Origin: Chromera velia
Taxonomy: Eukaryota
Length of the DNA stretch: 49,874 nucleotides
Reading direction: 5' to 3'
Assembly (NCBI GenBank): GCA_018398765.1
Contig: JAHBMJ010000402.1
Coordinates: forward strand, 1 to 49,874
The stretch's first letter is position 1; the number at the start of each line of letters is the position of its first letter. The position numbers and the translations under genes were made by a program. This document shows positions 40,814 through 49,874 of the stretch, piece by piece. The notes under the pieces were generated by a model. That model was not told where the DNA came from, did not search any database, and saw only the letters and a program-made list of their open reading frames with translations.

Positions 40814-42946
40814 TCAAAGGCCGGAGGACGAGAGATCTCCTCCCGAAACCCCCGACCTTCCATGCATGCTGAAACTCTGAACAGGCCCGTGGGGAGACGA
40901 ACTCAAGGGATTTGAGAGAGGTCCCCCCCCTCCGCTTCCCCCATCCTGCCCGACAGCGAAGCTGCCCCCTACTCCTGGTCCCCCCGAGTGCACGCCCCCT
41001 GTGTCACCTCCCCCCAGCCCCACGCCTGTCTCAGACGGGAGCGACCCCCCGGAACCCAACAAATCTTCCGACGCCCCAAACAACCCGCCGCCACCGGAGC
41101 CCCCGTACCCCCCACCCCCTCCATCATCTCCCCCTGAGAGGAATCCCCCACTTCCACCTGCAGACAAGAGAGAAAGGCGGGGTAGGGGGGGAAGGAGGGG
41201 GGAAGTGAGTCCGCGGGCCGTGTCCTTGATGTTTTCTCTTTTCTTTCCTTTGAGAATTTTTTTGCATTCTGATGAGACCCACGAAGTTCGTGTGCTTTCA
41301 CTGAACGTCCTCATGGCATGTTCTTGTGAGTGTGTGTCTATGAGAGGTGGCAGAAAAATTGAGGCTCATTTTTTCCCAAGCGGGCACCTTTTTTTTTTGT
41401 ATTATGTATGTATTATATTATTGTGTATGCAGAATTCTGTATGAAAGTAAACGCAGAAAAATTGAGGCTCATTTTTTCAATCTCAAGCGGGCACCCTTCC
41501 GATTTCCTCTCGACCCACGGCCCTCCCTCCCGCCCTCACTCAATTACTCGGTTACTCTCTTACCGACGCCCCCCTTTTTCATTCCCCTACAAGGTCGTTT
41601 GTGTCGTGCGGATGAATCCGATGCTGTGCGTTGCTTCATGCACTCATGGGCATGTTCTCTCTCTTTCTGCTCCTGTTTTTCTTCTTCAATCTCTCTGCCT
41701 CTCTTACTGAATCAGATCGTCTCTCTGCCTCTCTCACTGAATCAGATCGTCGCGCTGCCTCTCTCACTGAATCAGATCGTCTCTCTGCCGATCGGAAGGA
41801 GGGAAAAGAAAGAACAATCCGTCTGTGCATGCTGACTCACCCCCGCTCGGAGCCGCAGGCGGTCTCACCGAACGATATACGCTGAGGGCCTGCGCAATCT
41901 GCACGAACAGGCGGAAAGGAAAGCACCAAGATTGCCAACCCGAACCAAGGTTGCCATCGGTTTCTGTCACCCTTCGTTTCCGAAATGCGAGTGAGTGCTC
42001 ACAGACAGACAGAAGACAGCAGAGCAACGGGAAAGAAAGAAAAACAGAAGGGGGCCCCGCCCGCCCTCCCGAGAGGAAACATAACGACGAGAGAGTGGAA
42101 TGCGACGAGAAAGAAGAGAGAGAGATAGAGATCGATAATGCCAATTAAGCCCATAAAAAACGAACAAACAAACAGTCTGACTGACTGACTGACAGACCAT
42201 TCCGGCAGGGTCCCCTGCATTGGCAGGGACGACGACTGTGTTGGTCTCTTTTGCGATCCTTCCGAAAGCGTTCACGTACTGCAAGCATTCAACAGGGAGG
42301 AAGGGAGGAGGAAGAACATATTACTATGTTCCTCCCTTCACGTAATTTGTTCGTTAGTTTTTGCAGACGCTCTGGAGAGGCGGGGTAAGGGGGACGAAAT
42401 GATGAACTGAAGAAAGGACGCAATGAGGAAAGAAAAGAAAGGCGGCCAGAAATGAGGAGAGGAAAAGGGGAAGCCTGCCGTCAAATCCATCCACGAACTA
42501 AAAACAAAACACTAATGCAAACGGGAAAGTATGTGTTTGGGTAAGCTCGCACTTTCCTTCGTGTTTCGGCCACCCGTGTCCGTGCACACTCACTCGTCTG
42601 TCTGTCAGGTTTGCCTGTCTGTCTGAAGATCACACAGCCACCCGTGTCACGTACCTGCTCAGCCACTCTCATCGTCACGGCGTCTCTTCCTCCTGGCACT
42701 AGGAGCGCCCGGGAGAGGACAGAAATTCCTGCATCGAATCGAAGAATTCGAATTGCGTGTTCAGGGACCACACAGTGTCAGACAGTCAGTCAATGTTCTA
42801 TTTAATCCGCAAGAAAGAAAGAAAGAAAGAAAGAAAAAAAGAAAGAAAGAAAGAAAGAAAGAAAGAAAAAAAGAAAGAAAGAAAGAAACGGGACTGACTG
42901 CGTTCTGGGGGGGGATCAAAAGGACAGCCTGGGGAGACTCGGGCAC

Positions 42947-42984
<38 letters not shown>

Positions 42985-44309
42985 GCAGACTCTAAGTGCA
43001 TACATGTTCACGCACCGAAAGGGAAACTTGAAGTGAAAAGGCCATGCCAAATCTTCTGACTGCCTCCATCCTGCCCCACCTACTTACCATCAGCTGACGC
43101 CTTGGCTCTTTCCAAAATTCCCTGCGCTTCTCCCTGCACGTACATTTTCTTCTTTCCCAAATGAGATGAAACAAAGATCGTAATCTCTCTCTAGGATGCA
43201 GTGACTGACAAGCAACAAACATACACGGATGGACGCCGGCCGTTCTCATTTGATCGTTCCCACACATCAAACTGTACAGGAAAAGTGCACACAAAAAGAC
43301 AGCAAACAGACGAGAGTCGCGGCTCTGCTCTGCTGAGTCATTCGGTGTGATCCTCTGTTTGCTTGTTTGTTTGTTTGTAGGTCCATCGGAAGAAAATACA
43401 TGTATCAATCAAGTCTTTTGGTCCTACAGATTGCTTGCACGCACTCCTTTTCTTTTTAATTCCATTGCTTCCCCCTGGCGCCCCCCTTCTCTCGCGAGAT
43501 GAGCCCACCATGGCACTGAAGGAGCAGACAGAGAGAGAAGACAGGCAGCCACCCACTAATGCATTAATTCCCTCGAGACCCAGATAGATAAGTACCTGCG
43601 CAAACAAAATTGCAGACTCCCGCCGGCCCATCGCCAGGTTGATCTGGCTCTCCTGCACGCAAGGCAAGCAGAGAAAAATAGGAAGAACGGAGGTGTGCAC
43701 GAACGACTTCTCACAACATCTGGTCATGAAACATACGGAAGGAAAGCTGACCGACCGAACGGGTAAGGAAGGAGAGTCGGTCGAGGGATATCGTTTTGTC
43801 TTGGCTGGCTGACCTTCTCTCCCTCAGACTGTAGAATTTCCGCCCTTTTCCGTCTCTCAGCTTCTGCCTGCACGGATCGAGAGAGCAGACAGACAGAGAG
43901 CACAGAAGAGAGATGAAGAGAGAAAGAGCGGAGGAAGCGCTTGAGATGACAGAAGGAGAATGGGGGACATGGGCAGGCAGAAACGCGAAGACATATTCAG
44001 GCTATCAGATCAAGAAGTCAGAATGGGACCACCATAGGCAACCAGAGGAATGAAGTGCAAGGCCCTTTTGTTGCTTTTATGATTCTTGGCCCTTTTGTTG
44101 CTTTTATGATTCTTGGCCCTTTTGTTGCTTTTATGATTCTTGAACAGACAGACAGAGAGACAGACAGACAGACAGACACAACCAGGGATAGATACCTTGA
44201 GGAAGACTGTTCTTTTCCTCCTCTTTTCATGGTTTTATTTCGCAAGGACAGGAAGACATCGAAATAGATAGATAGATAGATAGATAAAGACACACACACA
44301 CATACACAC

Positions 44310-44346
<37 letters not shown>

Positions 44347-46571
44347 GAGAGAGAGAGAGAGAGAGAAATGGATGGCCACGGAGAGAGACTGGCGGACCTG
44401 CATCTCCATTGCCGCGCGGACAGACTTTGGCGGGACGATATCTCCTGCAGGCACAAACAGAGAGAGAAGAGAACAGGGGTATAGACACTGACAGAGACCC
44501 ACACTGGCTCCGCAGACAGACAGGTCAGTCAAAATTTCCTTCCAAATGTTTTATTTGGGCTTTTTGCATGCCGTCTGGTAGGTAGGCTCCACCTACAAGG
44601 ACCTTTGTCTGTTAATTGTGTCTTCAGGCAGGGAACTTAAGTTTCCTTCGTGGCCGACTGGCTGACTGACTGACTGACTGACTGACTGAGGGGTTCGATC
44701 GATGCGACCTTGCAAGAATTTGTCTCACGCATCTAAAGGGTTCATGAAGCTTCGTTCGTCTTGAAGTTAAATGATACACAAGACAAAAAGAAGCTAGAAC
44801 CTGACTGACTGAGTGGGTGTCAGACTGACTGACTGACTGACTGATTTCGTATCTGAGGCACGAGATCCCCCATGGGCCCGATGCTTCGTTAATCGACCTG
44901 ACGATTTTGCTGTTCAGGGACTCTCGCTCCTGTATTTAATTGAGGCATGCAGAAGGGAAGACGCGAAAACAAGATAGAATGCCGGAGAGAAAAAAAGAGA
45001 GAACTGGAGAGTCGAGAGAAATCGAAGAACGGCAAACAGGGAGGGCAGAATGGTGGTTTCCCTTTTTCTCCATTTGTCCCTATTTGTCTGTTGGTCTGCC
45101 TGTGTGGAGGACAGGACGGCACAAATATCTACAACTACGCATCCATCTGTGCGTTCTATCCAAACGGAACATTCGTGCAGGCAGCATTCACGATTTTCAG
45201 CTGGGGAAGAGCCCGTCCTGGTCACAGGGGGACAATAATTGGAAGACAGAATGAATGATTATTTCTGATTGATGCATGAGAATAAGAAGAAACTTTCTTT
45301 GTACGTACCTGGAAGGTTGAGTCCAGGTTCAGCTTTCCCAACTCGGACCGCATCGTAGTTTGCGCAAGCTGCAGAAGGCACCAAAAACCAAGCAGTTTTT
45401 TTGAGCATGCACACGCACACACACACAGACTCATGAATTTGTATATGTATATACATGCATAAATAGAAATCGCATCATCAGCTACACAAAGAGGTCCTTT
45501 TCCTCTTTTTCTCTTCCTTCTCTTTCCGCATTTCCCTAGACGGAAGAATCAGGAAGCCAGACGACTGACTGGCTGTCTTTTCTCTTTCCTTTCCTTGCTA
45601 CCACCACCCAAGCTTGTATTGTTCCGTTCCATACCGAACCCGTCCCCTGACCTGACCTGAGTCACGGCGGCAATGGGATCCTCAACCCCGTAGGAGGCCT
45701 GCAAGAGAAGTCAATCCAGACAGGCAACAAGGGCGGAGAGTCAACAAACGAGAAAGAAAGAAAGAAAGAAAAGAAAGAAAGAAAGAAAGCATGAGGCAAG
45801 CTTGGACCGGGAAACTTTTGTCTCCGCTGAGCTTGAATGCACAAAATTTGAATCAGGGCGGGCGAAGAAAATGAGATCGATTGAAGAAGCAGCAGAAAAG
45901 GCCCCCCGACTGCAATTCGGCTGAAGGGAGGAGCCGAGCTGAAAGGGGAGAGCTTCCTTCGATGCATGGCGTTGGAAGTCAAAAGACAGAGGGGGCGAGG
46001 GGGAACAGGGGCCACAAAAGGAAAGCGAAAATTCATCATTTGTGCATGGAATCTTTGAGACACACACTGTCAACTCAGCGCACGACGATGCAGGTCAACG
46101 TAAAAGGAACAGAACGGCAGAGAGAGACATGGACAAAGAGACAGACAGACGCACATGCCTACCTGGTACGGGTCCTCTATGCGCAGGTACAGGACGCCAT
46201 CGATTTGAATCGCGACGTTGTCCTTCGTGATGGCCTGCTGGTTCGCGATGGGGAGGGCTGCAGGGAGAGAAAGACAGTCGCGTCCAGACTTCGTGACCCC
46301 TTTTTCTCTCCTGTACTTCTTTTCGTCCGGATAATTTCTTTCTTTCTTTCTTTCTTCCTTTCTTTGTTTGTGCTGTTCTCTCTGACGCACACTCTGTGGC
46401 CTTTCTCCTGTGGCACGCAACGGAGCCTCACCAGTGCCCAGACATGTGAAGACAGACAGATGACAAGGAAGACAGGAAAAGTGTGGGAGTCAGGACGCGT
46501 CCGTGGGATCATTTGCTGTCACGGAAGCACGCTTCTCTTGCGGGGACACACACACACACAAAGAGAGAGAG

Positions 46572-46619
<48 letters not shown>

Positions 46620-47027
46620 AGGGAGGGAGGGAGGGAGGGAGAGAGGGAGAGGGAGGGAGGGAGAGAGGCGTACGGGTAGACGGATCCGACCTTCTTCTTT
46701 GAGGGAATGAATGTAGGCGATGCGGTCAATAAAGGGAATGAGAAAATGGAGACCCGGCGTCAGCATCTTGTGGAACTTTCCAAACCTCTCGACCACCCAC
46801 GCCGTCTGCTGAGCAACCACGACGAACCCAGGGTGGTGCCTGTCGATGCGGGTGGAACGCCGGGGCCCTCCCCCCCCCAGAAAGGACAGGCCCCGGTTTT
46901 GGGTCCCCACACCTGAGAGCCCCCCCATCTGATTCTGATGCATGGATAGGGACGATCTCAGTGAACGCAGATGCTGCTGTGCGGGACCGGCAAGAAAGGA
47001 GCCGGGAGATACCAGATTACGAAGCAT
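40814..47027 (-). CDS. STOML2: Stomatin-like protein 2 (SPFH/band 7 with C-terminal extension), probably mitochondrial; ~13 exons
   Basis: VAQQTAWVVERFGKFHKMLTPGLHFLIPFIDRIAYIHSLKEE | ALPIANQQAITKDNVAIQIDGVLY | ASYGVEDP | LAQTTMRSELGKLNLDSTFQ | ERESLNSKIVRSINEASGPWGISCLRYEI | DIVPPKSVRAAMEMQ | AEAERRKRAEILQSEG | ...RVAEQ | YVNAFGRIAKETNTVVVP. The N-terminus is Arg/Ser/Leu-rich and presequence-like. Confidence 0.95.
41690..41788. repeat. Three copies of a 30-bp tandem repeat (intronic)
   Basis: TCTCTCTGCCTCTCTCACTGAATCAGATCG units. Confidence 0.85.
44061..44141. repeat. Three copies of a 27-bp perfect tandem repeat (intronic)
   Basis: GGCCCTTTTGTTGCTTTTATGATTCTT x3. Confidence 0.9.
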
Positions 47028-47854
47028 GTTGACTACCTGATAAGGAAAGGGAAACATTATCCTTTGCGGTAGTTCTGCAGGTTTCCTCTAACAGACCATG
47101 GCGGCGGCCGTTTGAGTACAGCTAGAAGAGGGATTTGAAAGAAGCCACTGAGCCTCCTTCGCTTCGTCCTGTTGGTAGTCGGCCGCAGGTCGCGGATCTG
47201 CGAGAACGCTTTCAGAAGGAGCAGCTCCAAGTTTGAACCTGACCCCAAATCCCGAGAACACAATCTGGGGCAAAAGAGAAATTCAATTGCCTCGTCACAG
47301 TGACAGCTAGGACTCCCAGGAAGGAATGCATGCGCAAGGTAGGCACCCAGCTCTTGTCTTTTAGTTCTCTAAGGCTGCAGTCAAACAGGAGACGTAGACG
47401 GCATCTCTTGCGCGTGAGGACGTTATTTTCTCGTCTCTTCCACAACTTGCATGGCCGTCTCCAAGCAAGCCGTCTCCGTGCGTGGGCCGGGGCCCCTCAA
47501 GATCCCTCAAGTGCGCGTGGGCCATGCGGGCCGGGGCCCCTGCAGGCCTATACATATGCACTCCCTTCATGGAAATTTGCATCTGCGGATGGCTCCCTTG
47601 CCACAACTGAAGACTCTGCGCCATACACACATACTCTCTCCACCACAGCAGTACGTCACGCCACACTGAATCGCCCTCGGCTGGCTTTTTCTGTCTCGAT
47701 AGCGAAAAAGGTCATTCGGCAATATGGTTCGTTATTTCTCTGTAAAGTGTGATATAGGGAGTCGCGGAGCTGTCCGTCTGTCATATTATTGTCCTTTGCG
47801 CATCCTGCTCCCTTCTCCTGACGTACGAATGTCTCTACATGTGCGGTAGAAGAG

Positions 47855-49276
47855 ATGAGAAGAATCTCCGTACCGCTTGGAGGGCATGTGTCGCCTGACA
47901 CAGGAGGGCGTCTCCGTGTCGCTTTGCCGTCTCGTTGTCCGTGTGGGGCCGTCTCTCAACGGCCGGTTGCACGGCGACGCAGTCCCCTTGCCAAGCAGCG
48001 CAGGGGGTTTCCTTCGTCTTCTGCGTCATGTAGCCAAGCGGCTGTGTCGCCCATGTCTCGCCTAACCGCCTTGCATGAGCAGTGGAAACGAGAGAGGCTC
48101 CAGGAGACGGCAAGTGGGGGCAGGAAGGAGACGGGAACTGACCCATCTGAACGAGGGGAGACAGCACCGCGATTCTTTTCCACCTCTGCCTCTGACCTCT
48201 CACGGGCTTCCGATGAAAGTGATTCCTTCAGCCTTGAGCATTTTGAGAGACGGGGACTGCGCGCCTCCCCCGAGAGGGAGCCCTGGCACCTCTCCCAGTC
48301 GGCCCTTCAAAAACTCAGCGCGAAGATTCTCTTCCTGAACATGTGGATGGACCAGCGAAGGTCCAGAAACAGAACCAGGAGGAAGAGTCTAGAGGGAGGT
48401 GAGGAAGACAGAGACGGAGACAGAGACGGTGCACTCCAAAGCGCATCCTGCAGGAGTCCTGTGGAAGGAGGGGTGGTGCCTGCGGATTTGTCGGCGCAGG
48501 AGGAGAGAAGAGTTCTCGAGGCACTCACCCACTCAGCCAGAGAGCTGAGTGTGCAGACGCCTGTCCGGTTCGTTGTGCTATTAAGTCAAGTCGCAAACAC
48601 CAGGGTGAACCCGCGGAGGGTTGAGAGTGCAGAGTTGCACGGTCGTATGCTGGAGTCAATTTTCTCGTCAGTAACTGATGGGAGCAGACGGGCTGTAGGG
48701 GGTGAGGGGACGAGAAGCGTGTTTGAGAGTTTGTCGACCCAGGATCGTCTCTCCCTTTGCCGAACGCTTCTCTCTGTGCTCTCAAAAAGACACCTGGAAG
48801 AGAAACCGCCCTCAGAAGCAGAGATCGCGGCTCTATCTGCGATTATGGACTCGTTCGTTCAGAGCTTGAAGAAGGAGAGGAAAGGAGAAAAGGGAGGAGT
48901 GGAAAGCTCCTCTGCATCATCGGTGACTTCACTCGCCCTTCTGTGCGCACTGGCTGCGCGCGTTGAAAGCAGGTATGTAGACGTGGAAGGAAGAAGTGGC
49001 CTCGGCCGTTCCATCGGTCGGTCGGTGGGTGGGTGGGTGGGTTCGTTTGTTCTTTCGACTCAGTGATGGCTGGGTTTACGTCGTCATCCTTCCCGTCTTT
49101 TGTATTCTGGAAGGGCAGCTTCGCTCCACCCCCTGACTTTTCGTTTTCTTCTTCTTGTACTACTACTTCTTCTGTATTGAACCGCGGGCGTGCATACAAG
49201 GAGGGAACTTCAACATTGACACCCTTCGTGTTTGGTCTGCTTGTGTGAGAGTGTTTTGCGTGTCTGTGACCCATTG

Positions 49277-49348
<72 letters not shown>

Positions 49349-49874
49349 CTTTCACTGCAGGCTTTCGCAACAGAAAGTAAGATTGAAAGAATTTGAGGGG
49401 CTTCCCTTGGCAGAGAGAGGAGAAGGGAGCCAGAAAAAGTTTTGTTGTTGGTCGGATTCTCTTGCATCCGCTTTTGTGAAGACTTTAGATCGGAACGAGC
49501 TCGTTGTTGAGTCTCGGGAGGGGTTGAAGAAAGTCGCGTTCCCTTTGAGTCCCCTCAGCAGTGAATTGAATGTGTCCTCGTCCTCTCCGTCTGTCAGCCT
49601 CCCAGGAGCGACACTCCCTGTCTGGAGAGGACAGAAGGAGGACTGTGTGGAAGCTCTTCGCGCACTTGTGTTTTCTGCCTCTTCGATCGGCTTTGCCCTT
49701 GCAGAAAGAGCATCGTCGTCTTTTGATATGGCAGCAAGAGAAAAGGGCGGGGGACTTCAGAGGAGGCATCTTCCCTCGCCTTCTTCTTTTGATCACCCCC
49801 CTGCCTCACCGTCAGGCTCGTGCCATTCTCCTTTCCTTTCTCTTTCTCCTCGCTTATTCCCGACAGATGTCGAT
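47855..49874 (+). CDS. Unknown protein, 5' part; exon 47855-48972 and exon 49361 to beyond the window end
   Basis: A long non-repetitive ORF ends at AG|GTATGT. After a (GT)n tract, CTGCAG|G at 49361 continues in phase with no stop to 49874. The N-terminus is Arg/Ser-rich. No domain was recognised and the start codon is uncertain. Confidence 0.7.

Overview
Intron-rich eukaryotic DNA, most likely a chromerid or other apicomplexan-related alveolate such as Chromera (inferred from the Plasmodium-type TrxR C-terminus and microsatellite-filled introns). Six spliced genes, assembled by eye from GT-AG junctions and phase continuity, alternate strictly in orientation as three head-to-head pairs: RPB4(-)/SPT5(+), thioredoxin reductase(-)/a 116-aa C4 zinc-ribbon protein(+), and stomatin-like SLP-2(-)/an unknown gene(+) that runs off the right edge. 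A ~6.7 kb AT-rich island (about 24.4-31.1 kb) holds a decayed Cys/His-repeat ORF and a 45-bp minisatellite. The most striking unexplained signal is about 20 local 'X-filler-X' duplications: 15-90 bp direct repeats, often copying exon edges and splice sites. Most surround short fillers, several of which belong to recurring families: a 40-bp TTGACGCACGCAAG hairpin in both orientations, a CATACAGAATTCTGTATG palindrome, and AGGGGAATT(ATGT)n. This looks like a micro-insertion or repair process leaving unusually long target-site duplications; the mechanism is inference. No database searches were run, and coordinates are hand-counted.
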